Origin: Bacteroidota bacterium
GTDB lineage: Bacteria > Bacteroidota > Bacteroidia > JADZBD01
Length of the DNA stretch: 64,000 nt
Direction of reading: 5' to 3'
Assembly: GCA_040756415.1 (NCBI GenBank)
Contig: JBFLYZ010000015.1
Location: 87 to 64,086, forward strand
Positions 7,047-16,125 of the stretch are shown here, piece by piece (positions within the stretch are counted from its first letter, which is position 1; each line of letters opens with the position of its first letter). The notes below the pieces were generated by a model that was not told the origin of the DNA, did not search any database, and saw only the letters and a list, made by a program, of their open reading frames with translations. The position numbers and the translations under genes are program-made.

Positions 7047-9671
7047 TTAAACCTCTATCATTTCGGCTTCCTCTTTCGCTTTGGCCCTGGATACAAAATC
7101 GATGGCTTCGCGCACAGCTTCGGTGAGCGTAACGATAATTGCGCCCGGCTGCGCATGGATCATGGCATCTCTCAGGGCGTCTTTCTCCCGGGGAACGATC
7201 CTTACGGGTGTCTCGGGGTAGATGCTGCGTATGCCCTTCAGCAGCAGTTCGGATATGTTCTCGGCCGTACGTCCCCTCAGGTCCTCATCATGGCGGATTA
7301 TGATCTCATCGAAGATCTGCGCTGCGAGCGATCCCACCTGCTGTATGTCCTCATCGCGCCTGTCGCCCGGGGCGGTAATGATACCCACTTTGGGCCGCTG
7401 CATCTTATCCAGGAACTTTTTGAGCTCCGCGAAGCCGCCCGGGTTGTGAGCATAGTCGATCATGACATCAAAATTCCTGAAGCTGAAGATGTTCATGCGG
7501 CCGGGGGTCATTTCGGGCGAGGGCACAAAGGAGAAAAGCGCTTTGCGTATGTCCTCAATCCTGAAATTGCGGATGATGCCCACCAGGACGGCCGGCAGGA
7601 TGTTCCGTATCATGCATTCGGATGCTCCGGAGAAGGAAAGGGGCACATCGGCAATACGGCAGATGCGGATCTTCCACTCGCCCTTGCAAATGGTGATCTG
7701 GTCTTTTTCGATCACCGCGGCCAGTCCGCCCCTGGCGCAATGGCGTTTTACCCGCTCGTTCCTCGGATCGAGGGCAAAAAGGGCGATGTTGCATTCCAGG
7801 TCATCGCCCATCTCGTACACCAGGTCGTCTTCGGCATTCAGGATGCTGTAGCCATCGCGGAAGGTGCTGTCGGCCACCACTTTTTTCACGCGGGCCATGT
7901 CTTCGAGCGTATTGATGTCGTCCAGCCCCAGGTGGTCGGCCGTTACGTTGGTAATGATGCTGATATCGCAATGATCAAAGCCCAGGCCGGAGCGGATGAT
8001 GCCACCGCGCGCGCATTCGAGCACGGCAAAATCTACCAGCGGTTCGGTCAGCACGGTTTCGGTGCTTTGTTCGCCCGTGCAATCCCCGTAGCATATGGCT
8101 TTCCCGTCAATGTAAATGCCATCGGTGGTGGTAAAGCCCACGGTATGTCCAGCGGTTTTGGCTATGTGGGCGGTAAGCCTCGTAGTGGTGGTTTTGCCGT
8201 TGGTTCCGGTTACGGCCACCAGTGGGATGCGCGATTCGCTGCCGCGCGGGTAAAGCATTTCCACGATGGGTTCAGCCACGTTGCGCGGTAATCCCTTGGC
8301 GGGCGAGAGGTGCATGCGCAGCCCGGGGCAGGCGTTGACTTCGATGACGGCTCCGTTATCTGCCTGTATGGGTTGCCGGATATCTTTGGCCACGATATCA
8401 ATACCGCAAATATCGAGGTTCACCAGCCGTGCTATACGTTCGGCCATGAAAACATTATCGGGGTGAACGATATCGGTTACATCGGTAGAGGTGCCGCCTG
8501 TGCTCAGGTTGGCCGTATCTTTGAGAAAAAGGATCTCGCCAATGGGCAGAACGGTATCCAGCGTGAAGCCTCTTTCGGCCAGTATTCCTGCGGTAACGTG
8601 ATCTACTTTTATTTTCGTAAGCACCTTCTCATGGCCATCGCCCCTGCGCGGGTCATTGTTGGCCTGCTCGATCAGGTCTTTGATGGCGGAGAACCCGTCA
8701 CCGATCACCATGGCGGGTGTGCGCTGTGCCGCTGACACCAGTTTGTAATTTACCACCAGCAAGCGGTAATCGGTACCCGAGATGAATTGCTCCACGATCG
8801 CGTCCTTTGAAAAGGTCAGCGCGGTGGCCAGTGCGGCCAGCGCCTGCTCCTTATTCTTGATGTTCGTGGTAATGCCTTTGCCCTGGTTGCCGTCAATGGG
8901 TTTAATGACCAGGGGAAAGCTGAGCGCCTTAAGAGCCGGTATCAGCTCTTCTTCAGTGGAAACGACCCGGCCGGCAGGCACGGGAATATAAGCGCGTTCG
9001 AGCAGGCGTTTGGTCTCTTCTTTATCGCAGGCCGTATCCACGCCCAGCGCGCTGGTAGAGCAGGTCATGGAAGCCTGTATGCGTTTCTGGCGTTTGCCCT
9101 GTCCCAATACGATGAGCGAATCGCGGTTCATGCGCCTGACGGGAATGCTGCGGTTGCGGGCCTCTTCGATGATAGCCTGCGTGCTCACCCCCAGGGCGCG
9201 CCTGCTCTTAATGGTCTTGAGCTCCTGTATGTCGGCCGAGATGTCGTAGGGCTGGTTGGCTACCAGGTGTTCAGCGATGCGTATGGCGGCATCGATGGCG
9301 TAATAACCGGCATCCACGATCTCGTAAGAGAAGGCGATATAATATACCCCTTTCTCGTCAGCCGAGCGGGTGCGTCCGAAACCGCATTCCATTCCCGCCA
9401 GCCATTGCAGCTCCAGGGTAATGTGTTCGATCACATGCGCCATCCAGGTGCCTTCGCGCACGCGCTCGAAAAAGCCGCCCTCGTGTTTTTCGGAGCAGCG
9501 GTGGCTGAACAATGAGGGCATCAGGGCTTCGAGCCGTTGGGGAAATCCATTGATCTTATTGGTTGGAAAATTTTCGAGCTTTTTGATATCGATCTTTACT
9601 ACGATCAGGTTGTGCCAGTAGCTGGACCAGTAGTTAGGTCCCCGCATGGTCTTAATATCAAGGATCTTCAT
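7047..9671 (-). CDS. cphA: Cyanophycin synthetase (CphA1)
   Basis: MRGPNYWS N-terminus; HRCS...HVIEH N-domain; ATP-grasp domain (KPIDGNQGKG, EVNACPGLRMH); Mur-ligase domain (VTGTNGKTTT, ECARGG, DYAHNP). Confidence 0.97.
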   Translation of the reverse strand: MKILDIKTMRGPNYWSSYWHNLIVVKIDIKKLENFPTNKINGFPQRLEALMPSLFSHRCSEKHEGGFFERVREGTWMAHVIEHITLELQWLAGMECGFGRTRSADEKGVYYIAFSYEIVDAGYYAIDAAIRIAEHLVANQPYDISADIQELKTIKSRRALGVSTQAIIEEARNRSIPVRRMNRDSLIVLGQGKRQKRIQASMTCSTSALGVDTACDKEETKRLLERAYIPVPAGRVVSTEEELIPALKALSFPLVIKPIDGNQGKGITTNIKNKEQALAALATALTFSKDAIVEQFISGTDYRLLVVNYKLVSAAQRTPAMVIGDGFSAIKDLIEQANNDPRRGDGHEKVLTKIKVDHVTAGILAERGFTLDTVLPIGEILFLKDTANLSTGGTSTDVTDIVHPDNVFMAERIARLVNLDICGIDIVAKDIRQPIQADNGAVIEVNACPGLRMHLSPAKGLPRNVAEPIVEMLYPRGSESRIPLVAVTGTNGKTTTTRLTAHIAKTAGHTVGFTTTDGIYIDGKAICYGDCTGEQSTETVLTEPLVDFAVLECARGGIIRSGLGFDHCDISIITNVTADHLGLDDINTLEDMARVKKVVADSTFRDGYSILNAEDDLVYEMGDDLECNIALFALDPRNERVKRHCARGGLAAVIEKDQITICKGEWKIRICRIADVPLSFSGASECMIRNILPAVLVGIIRNFRIEDIRKALFSFVPSPEMTPGRMNIFSFRNFDVMIDYAHNPGGFAELKKFLDKMQRPKVGIITAPGDRRDEDIQQVGSLAAQIFDEIIIRHDEDLRGRTAENISELLLKGIRSIYPETPVRIVPREKDALRDAMIHAQPGAIIVTLTEAVREAIDFVSRAKAKEEAEMIEV

Positions 9672-9878
9672 ACAATTTCACTTTACGTTTTAGGGGGCCT
9701 TATCACCTGCATACAGGCACAAAAGGCTAAAAAATTATGCCAGTCTCCGGTGCGATTGTAATGTCAACAGCAGGCTATTCATGTCATGGGAAAAAAATTC
9801 TACACCATGAGGAAAAGCGGTACGTAGAGACATACGAAAGGCAACCCGGGTTTCAGGCGGGGCTGCCGCAAGACGGGT

Positions 9879-10448
9879 TTATACTTCGGCCTCCGCCTCT
9901 TCGTTCACCCTGCTTTCAGCGATAGCGGTCAGCTTCTTGTCGGCCTCTTTTTCTTCTTCGAGGGTTTCCTGCAGCAGCTTCACCACCTGTGCCTTGCCAA
10001 GTATGCGTGCCAGCTCGGCCAATCCGCCATAGGTGGCGATCTCGTAATGCTCTACTTTCTGCGCGGACATGATGATGGCGGTATCGCGGGTAAAGCTTCC
10101 CTTTTCGGTATCCGATATAACGTGCTGTCCTTCCCTGGTTAGCCCGTCCATGCCATCGCACTTCCGGGTCTTGGGTTTTTCTCCCAGCAGGTTGAACGCC
10201 TCTTCCAGGCGCATGACCTGTTTTTCGGTCTCGGTCTGGTGATGGGTCAGCGCCTCGCGCAGCTCCAGCGTAGTGGCCGATTTGCTTAGTTTGGGCAATG
10301 TCTTTACGAGCTGCTTCTCGGCCCAATAGATGTCCTTGAGCTGCTCGAGGAAGAAGTCGTACAACGCGCTATCCTCTTCTTTTACCGATGAGGTCTTGCT
10401 CTTCTTTGCGTTCCGGGAAGAATGGTTGCTGTTTCCTTTTCTTTTCAT
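9879..10448 (-). CDS. Ferritin-like DUF892 (YciE/YciF) stress protein
   Basis: LKDIYWAEKQL, AQKVEHYEIATYG, ETLEEEKEADKKLT motifs. Confidence 0.93.
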   Translation of the reverse strand: MKRKGNSNHSSRNAKKSKTSSVKEEDSALYDFFLEQLKDIYWAEKQLVKTLPKLSKSATTLELREALTHHQTETEKQVMRLEEAFNLLGEKPKTRKCDGMDGLTREGQHVISDTEKGSFTRDTAIIMSAQKVEHYEIATYGGLAELARILGKAQVVKLLQETLEEEKEADKKLTAIAESRVNEEAEAEV

Positions 10449-10478
10449 AAAGTTGTTTTTTTAGAGTGTAAATGACAT

Positions 10479-10493
10479 GCCAAATTGATGCCA
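10479..10493 (-). promoter_or_regulatory. Putative sigma54 promoter
   Basis: TGGCATCAATTTGGC = GG-N10-GC, 30 bp upstream of the DUF892 ATG. Confidence 0.6.
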
Positions 10494-10638
10494 GGACATT
10501 TTGTGCTGTAGGCGAACGACAGGCTTTCCATGCGATGAAGAAAATGTTGCTTAAGCTGTAGAATAAATTTCCGCTGCGCTTTTACCAGGCCCGTATCATA
10601 AAGAATTACCCATAAGTGATCAGGATTCCCGCGCGTAT

Positions 10639-11025
10639 TCAGTCCACCTGTCCCTCGCGTAGCTCCCGTGTCAAGATGGTGAAGCCTACTACTTCGATCT
10701 TCCGGTGAATGGCCGTGATCAGGCTATTGGCCCAGAAGATGCTGCCGTTCTTCCTCAGGCGCCTACCCGTGTGGCTGGCGCGTCCTTCGCGGGTAGCCAG
10801 CTCCAGCAGGTGTTCGGGTAAGCCTGCCAGGCGGTCCTGCGGCAGGTAAAAGATGCGGAAGTTCTGACCGATGATCTCCGACTCGCTGTAGCCCTGTATC
10901 TTTTCCACGCCTTTGTTCCAGGTAAGGATCTTGCCGTCTATATCGAGAGATACTATTGCGTAATCCTGGATCTCCACGATCATCTGGCGGTGAAGAAAAT
11001 CCGATCTGATTAGCTTCTCTTCCAT
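10639..11025 (-). CDS. Stand-alone PAS domain protein
   Basis: DYAIVSLDIDGKILTWNKG..IQGYSESEIIGQNF..FY; GRRLRKNGSIFWA. Confidence 0.85.
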   Translation of the reverse strand: MEEKLIRSDFLHRQMIVEIQDYAIVSLDIDGKILTWNKGVEKIQGYSESEIIGQNFRIFYLPQDRLAGLPEHLLELATREGRASHTGRRLRKNGSIFWANSLITAIHRKIEVVGFTILTRELREGQVD

Positions 11026-11099
11026 GTTCCCACAGAATGTTAATGATCTGCGCTGTTTCCTCGCTTCAATGGAAAAAGTAGTATGGCAAATATATTCTG

Positions 11100-11542
11100 G
11101 GGGTTCGGCTTCTTTTGCCCAAAACCTTGAAACCCGTACTAAGGAACTGGAAACTAAAATGGATAAGTTGGTAAGTGCTTATCTGGACGGGGAAATAGAA
11201 AAAGGAGCATACTTAAAGAAGAAAGAGGAACTGATGAAAATTAAGGCTGACCTGCATAGCCAAAAGAATGGTTTTGGGCAAAAGCCTTCTTGGATCGAAC
11301 CCCTGCGCGATTGGGTTAAAACCGCTCACCACGCTGGGAAACTTGCTTCCTGTGACAGCGATTTTAATGAAATAAGATCGCTGGCGGAAAAAATTGGAAC
11401 GAACCGCCTTCTGAGGGATAAAAAAATCTTATTTGATTTCGTCCCGCCTTATCATAACATACCTACAAACAAGGCATTGCAAAGCAAAAGCCCCGCTGGT
11501 GCGGGGCTGGGTGGAGAAGTGTCCAAAAAGGAAACTCTCGCT
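11100..11542 (+). pseudogene. C-terminal remnant of a site-specific (large serine-type) recombinase
   Basis: Coiled coil ETKMDKLVSAYLDGEIEKGAYLKKKEEL...WIEPLRDWVKTA resembles large serine recombinase C-termini. No catalytic domain, AT-rich, and the frame reads into the antisense ssrA 3' end. Left boundary approximate. Confidence 0.6.
11486..11508 (-). terminator. Intrinsic terminator downstream of ssrA
   Basis: AGCCCCGC-ACCA-GCGGGGCT followed by TTT on the minus strand, 35 nt past the tmRNA CCA. Confidence 0.6.
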
Positions 11543-11909
11543 TGGTGGAGTCGGAGGGAGTTGAACCCTCGTCCAAACAAAGAAACGATAAGCTTTCTAC
11601 ATGCTTAGCTGACCTTTGGTTTTCGACAAGCTTTGGCAGGCCATCGGGCCATCAGCTTGCTTAGCTTCTTAAATTTCGCCTGAAGCCGAAGCGTCATCAG
11701 GCTATCTCCTCGTTTGCTATGCTTCACCGGGACGCAGAAGAGAAGAGCTTCCCGGGAAACAATGGCACTTATTCGCTGAGCGAATTAAGCAGCCATGGCG
11801 TAGTTTGTCTCGCCATTTAGAGTTGTGAGAATTAGGATTAACGTGTCATATTCACAACACACGGCATGCTTACCTACCGGGTCATTTGCTGTCAAAACCT
11901 GTCGACCCC
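11543..11909 (-). ncRNA. ssrA: tmRNA
   Basis: 5' GGGGTCGACAGGTTTTGAC; 3' GAGGGTTCAACTCCCTCCGACTCCACCA; G3:U acceptor wobble; tag ORF GETNYAMAA* at 11814-11785. Confidence 0.97.
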
Positions 11910-11941
11910 GTATTGTAAGACTCGTTCAAAGAACCTGATCA

Positions 11942-11966
11942 CAAAGGTACAAAAACCGTACATTTG
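11942..11966. promoter_or_regulatory. Back-to-back Bacteroidota -7 promoter elements
   Basis: TACCTTTG on minus (11949-11942) toward ssrA and TACATTTG on plus (11959-11966) toward the next CDS; both match TAnnTTTG. Confidence 0.65.
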
Positions 11967-11993
11967 CCCGCGTTATTCCAAAAGCCTGACATT

Positions 11994-13202
11994 ATGGCGA
12001 AGATCAAGATTGGTATTATACGGGAGGGAAAAATGCCCCGCGACAAGCGTGTGCCTTTTACGCCCGAGCAGTGTGTTGCTATTGAAAAGCAGTTCCCCGG
12101 GGCGGAGATCTTTGTTCAGCCCAGCGACTGGCGCTGCTATACCAATGAGGAATACCAGGCCAGGGGGGTAAAGCTAAAGGAAGACCTTTCGGATTGCGAT
12201 ATCCTGATGGGGATCAAAGAAGTACCCGTGCAGGAACTTATACCCGGAAAAAAATATCTTTTCTTTTCGCATACCATCAAAAAGCAGAAACACAACCAGA
12301 AGCTGCTGCAGGCCCTGCTGGAAAAGAAGGTGCAGATGATCGACTATGAGACCATGACCGACCCGCAGCATAACCGCATTATCGGCTTCGGGCATTATGC
12401 GGGAATAGTGGGGGCTTACAACGGGATACTCGGTTATGGGAAGAAGTACAATCTTTTTGATCTCAAGCGGGCCTACCAGTGCCACGACCTGGCCGAGATG
12501 CGCCAGGAATTTGCAAAGGTGCGCCTGCCTAATGTCAAAGTGATCGTTACGGGCAACGGGCGCGTGGCCAACGGGGCTATCGAGCTGATGGGAGGCCTGC
12601 ACATACGCAGGATCACGCCTTTTGAATTTTCCAACTTTTCGTACCGCGAAGCCACCTACTCGCAACTGCATTCGCCCAACTACAACGAACCCATTGACGG
12701 CTCGGCCTGGGATACGCAGAAGTTTTACACGCACCCCGAAAATTTCAGGTCTACTTTCGGAAAATACACCAGGCATTGCGACCTGCTGATCCATTGCTCA
12801 TACTGGGACCCGCGCGCACCCAGGCTTTTTACCAAAGCTGATATGCGCTCGCCCGATTTCCGTATCAGCGTTATTGCCGATGTGACCTGCGATATCAACG
12901 GATCGATCCCCTCTACGCACCGCGCCTCGACCATTGCTGAGCCCTTTTACGGCTACAACCCGGTAACGGAGCAGGAGGGACCTCCTTTCTCGCACGATAC
13001 GATTACGGTGATGGCCGTGGATAACCTGCCCTGTGAGCTGCCGCGCGATGCTTCGGAAGATTTTGGCAAGGAGCTGATCGATAAAGTGCTTCCCTCGCTG
13101 CTGGTCAGGGACCAGGACGGGCTGATCGATCGGGCCAGCATCACCAGGGACGGGCAACTTACTCCCCCCTTCGAATACCTGAGGGATTACGCCTGCGTGT
13201 AG
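11994..13202 (+). CDS. AlaDH/PNT-family NAD(P)-dependent oxidoreductase (saccharopine dehydrogenase/lysine-ketoglutarate reductase-like)
   Basis: IIREGK..DKRVPFTP, MGIKEVP, FFSHTIKKQ, IADVTCD, MAVDNLPCELPRDASEDFG. Confidence 0.88.
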   Translation: MAKIKIGIIREGKMPRDKRVPFTPEQCVAIEKQFPGAEIFVQPSDWRCYTNEEYQARGVKLKEDLSDCDILMGIKEVPVQELIPGKKYLFFSHTIKKQKHNQKLLQALLEKKVQMIDYETMTDPQHNRIIGFGHYAGIVGAYNGILGYGKKYNLFDLKRAYQCHDLAEMRQEFAKVRLPNVKVIVTGNGRVANGAIELMGGLHIRRITPFEFSNFSYREATYSQLHSPNYNEPIDGSAWDTQKFYTHPENFRSTFGKYTRHCDLLIHCSYWDPRAPRLFTKADMRSPDFRISVIADVTCDINGSIPSTHRASTIAEPFYGYNPVTEQEGPPFSHDTITVMAVDNLPCELPRDASEDFGKELIDKVLPSLLVRDQDGLIDRASITRDGQLTPPFEYLRDYACV

Positions 13203-13242
13203 CGGCCGGCAACAAGCCGCAGGCAGCCGGCAACCCACTGAA

Positions 13243-13800
13243 TCACCCCTTCACGCACGTGAATACGAAGGCGGGCGGTATATTAATAGGTGTGAAATTG
13301 GTTTTAATACTGTGAAATATCTCCTTCAGCTTTTTGCGGCTGGCCAGCGAATACTGGAACTGGATAAAGGAGCCGCCCCGCTTCAGGGCCCGCGCGGCCG
13401 CGCGTAAGATGGTGTACTCGACCTCGCGGGGGATGATAGCCAGGGGCAGGGAAGACACTACGTAATCGGCATGACGTATGCCGTCTTGGGCCAGGTATTC
13501 TTCCAGGCGCTCGGCCGAGTCGCGGATCAGCCTGAAACGCCTGTCGCGGATCAGTGAAAGCCCCTGGGCGAACTCCTCGTTGATCTCAAAGGCATAGAGC
13601 ACCGCATCATCGCGCATATTTTTGAGCAGCTCGGTGGTGATCACGCCCGTACCCGGCCCAAACTCGATGATGACGCGCGCGGAATCAAAGTCTATTGGCT
13701 CCACCATCTTCCTGACCAGGAACCTGGAACTGGGAGCCACCGATCCTACCTTGTTCTCTTTCTTGAAAAATTCGTTGAGAAAGTTCAGCCTTTTCTTCAC
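13243..13800 (-). CDS. Class I SAM-dependent methyltransferase, phospholipid N-methyltransferase-like
   Basis: VGSVAPSSRFL, EFGPGTGVIT, VVSSLPL, FIQFQYS, NIPPAFV; GTG start chosen just after the VOC gene stop. Confidence 0.85.
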   Translation of the reverse strand: MKKRLNFLNEFFKKENKVGSVAPSSRFLVRKMVEPIDFDSARVIIEFGPGTGVITTELLKNMRDDAVLYAFEINEEFAQGLSLIRDRRFRLIRDSAERLEEYLAQDGIRHADYVVSSLPLAIIPREVEYTILRAAARALKRGGSFIQFQYSLASRKKLKEIFHSIKTNFTPINIPPAFVFTCVKG

Positions 13801-13807
13801 CAGGGGC

Positions 13808-14191
13808 TTATTTGCGTGAATGGATAGCCACTTTGTTGCCTTCGGTATCGAGGATATACGCCTGGTAGCCGATCTCGGGTGTGATCTGGGTTTTGGGCAA
13901 AAGTATCGTGCCGCCTGCCTTTTCCACGCGCGAAAGGGGGTCGGACAGGTCGGGGTTGCCGTTGAAATAAATAAGGGTTCCTTTGCCGCAAGGCTGGTAC
14001 CCTTCGCCCTGTATGATGGCGCCACTGAGCTTACCGCTTCCCATTTCATAGGGGAAAAATCCCATCTTATAAGGGCCCATCTGGTGCTCGCTCATCTGGA
14101 TGTTGAAAACGGTCTCGTAGAACTTCTTTGCCCGCGCAAAGTCGGTAACCGGTATCTCGAACCAGTTGAGCACATTCGCCTCTTTTTCCAT
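13808..14191 (-). CDS. VOC/glyoxalase family protein
   Basis: NWFEIPVTDFARAKKFY...DTEGNKVAIHS. Confidence 0.92.
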   Translation of the reverse strand: MEKEANVLNWFEIPVTDFARAKKFYETVFNIQMSEHQMGPYKMGFFPYEMGSGKLSGAIIQGEGYQPCGKGTLIYFNGNPDLSDPLSRVEKAGGTILLPKTQITPEIGYQAYILDTEGNKVAIHSRK

Positions 14192-14212
14192 AAAAAATGA
14201 TTGGCCCTAAAA

Positions 14213-16000
14213 TTAAAAACAATATTTGTTCTCGGAAATTAATTTTGCGGCTATCACCCTGCGCGCTTCCTTGTTGTTATAAGGTTCGGTCTTGGTAAAG
14301 CGCTTCAGGCCCATGAGCATCATGCGCTGCTCATCGCCCGAGCTGAAGCTGTTGATGGCCTCTTTTCCGTTCTTATTGATGCGGTCGGCCGCATCGTTGA
14401 TGAACACGCGCATCATCTCGATCTGCTCTTTGCAGGCCGCCTCCCCGCGCATGCCCACCAGCTTTTCCACGCGCAATTGCAGCGATTCGGCAATATACAG
14501 GTCAATGAGCATGTCGGCAATGTTCATCAGCACTTCCTGCTCCTTGGCCAGCGCCATCATCAGCTTCTGGGCCGCACTGCCGGCCACCATCAGTATGGCT
14601 TTCTTGAAGTTCTTCAGGTATTTTTTCTCCGCGGTGAACAAGCCGCTTTCCCCCGTTCCGAAATCAGGTATGCTCATCAACTCGCCCGCCACCTTCATGG
14701 CCGGGCCCATCAGGTCGAGCTCGCCTTTCATGGCGCGCTTGAGCATCATATCCACCGTCAGCATGCGGTTGATCTCGTTGGTGCCCTCGAAAATGCGGTT
14801 GATGCGCGAGTCGCGGTAGGCGCGCTCCATGGGCGCATCGGCACTGTAACCCATACCCCCGTAGATCTGAACGCCTTCGTCCACCACGTAATCCAGGGCC
14901 TCGCTGCCGGCAACTTTCAGCATAGCCGCTTCGGGCGCAAACTGCTCTACTCCTTTGAGTATGGCTTTTTCCTTGCTCATGCCTCCGGCCACCAGGGCGT
15001 TGATGGCATCTTCAATATTCTGAGATGCGCGGTACAGGGCCGACTCTACCGCGTAAATGCGTATAGCCTGCTCGGCCAGCTTATAGCGTATCGCACCGTA
15101 TTTGGAAATGGGCCTTCCGAACTGGTGCCGCTCATTGGCATATTGCACGGATTTATCGGCCGTGCGTTTGGCTCCACCGAGGGCGGCTGCCGCCAGCTTG
15201 ATGCGCCCTACGTTCAGTATGTTGACGGCTATCTTAAAACCGTTCTGCCTTTCGCTGAGCAGATTTTCAACGGGCACCTTACAATCGTTGAAGAACACCT
15301 GGCGCGTGGAACTGCCCTTGATGCCCATTTTGTGCTCCTCGGGGTTGAGCGTTATACCCCCGAAAGCTTTTTCCACGATAAATGCCGAAAGGTTCTCATC
15401 GTTATCGATCTTGGCGAACACGATGAAAACATCCGCAAAGCCACCGTTGGTGATCCACATCTTCTGGCCGTTGAGCAGGTAGTGCTTCCCGTCAGGGGAG
15501 AGCACGGCCTTTGTTTTCCCGCTGTTGGCATCCGATCCGCTTCCGGGCTCGGTGAGGCAATAGCAGGCTTTCCATTGCCCATTCGCCAACTTGGGCAGGT
15601 ATTTGGCTTTCTGGGCTTCGTTGCCGTAATAAAGGATAGGCAATGTTCCTATTCCCGTATGCGCGGCCAGGGAAACGGCAAAGGAATGTCCTCCGCCAAT
15701 GGCCTCGGTCGAGAGCATGCCGGTTACAAAATCTTTTTCAAATCCACCGTACTGCTCCGGTACGTTCAGCCCAAGGAGCCCGAGCTCAGCGGCCTTATCG
15801 AGCAGCTTTACGGTGATATTGTCTTCCTGCCTGTCGATCTTATCCAGGTTGGGCCATACCTCCTGGGCGAGGAAATCGGTGCACGATTGTACTATCATTT
15901 GTTGTTCCTCGGAGATCTGTTCCGGAATGAATATTTCGTTCGCGTTGGTATCGCGGATCAGGAATTCACCTCCTCGGAGGGTTGATGTTTTGGTTTCCAT
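14213..16000 (-). CDS. fadE: Acyl-CoA dehydrogenase
   Basis: YCLTEPGSGSDA, NGQKMWITN, KMGIKGSST, QIYGGMGY, RIFEGTNEINR. Confidence 0.95.
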   Translation of the reverse strand: METKTSTLRGGEFLIRDTNANEIFIPEQISEEQQMIVQSCTDFLAQEVWPNLDKIDRQEDNITVKLLDKAAELGLLGLNVPEQYGGFEKDFVTGMLSTEAIGGGHSFAVSLAAHTGIGTLPILYYGNEAQKAKYLPKLANGQWKACYCLTEPGSGSDANSGKTKAVLSPDGKHYLLNGQKMWITNGGFADVFIVFAKIDNDENLSAFIVEKAFGGITLNPEEHKMGIKGSSTRQVFFNDCKVPVENLLSERQNGFKIAVNILNVGRIKLAAAALGGAKRTADKSVQYANERHQFGRPISKYGAIRYKLAEQAIRIYAVESALYRASQNIEDAINALVAGGMSKEKAILKGVEQFAPEAAMLKVAGSEALDYVVDEGVQIYGGMGYSADAPMERAYRDSRINRIFEGTNEINRMLTVDMMLKRAMKGELDLMGPAMKVAGELMSIPDFGTGESGLFTAEKKYLKNFKKAILMVAGSAAQKLMMALAKEQEVLMNIADMLIDLYIAESLQLRVEKLVGMRGEAACKEQIEMMRVFINDAADRINKNGKEAINSFSSGDEQRMMLMGLKRFTKTEPYNNKEARRVIAAKLISENKYCF

Positions 16001-16006
16001 ATTAAA

Positions 16007-16125
16007 AGGTGTCAGGTGGCAAGTATCAGGTATTAGGTATCAGGTATTAGGTATTAGGTATCAGGTATCAGGTATTAGGTATCAGGTATTAGGTATCAGG
16101 TATTAGGTATCAGGTATCAGGTATC
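16007..16125 (+). repeat. Heptamer tandem array (AGGTATY x14 plus 3 degenerate units)
   Basis: Read directly; the last unit overlaps the stop codon of the four-helix bundle gene. Confidence 0.97.

Noticed and set aside
11543-11580. Apparent tRNA 3' half
   Set aside because: It is the tRNA-like 3' end of tmRNA; the matching 5' end and tag ORF are present.
11024-11608. 194-aa ORF as an intact gene
   Set aside because: Its start overlaps the divergent PAS gene start, it lacks a catalytic domain and it ends in antisense ssrA; treated as a remnant.
13801-14049. Extended N-termini in the ORF track (also 38351-38569, 46006-46104, 35594-35704)
   Set aside because: They overlap neighbouring genes or promoters; downstream starts give family-typical N-termini.
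16007-16125. CRISPR array
   Set aside because: Contiguous 7-bp units with no spacers, and no cas genes in the window.
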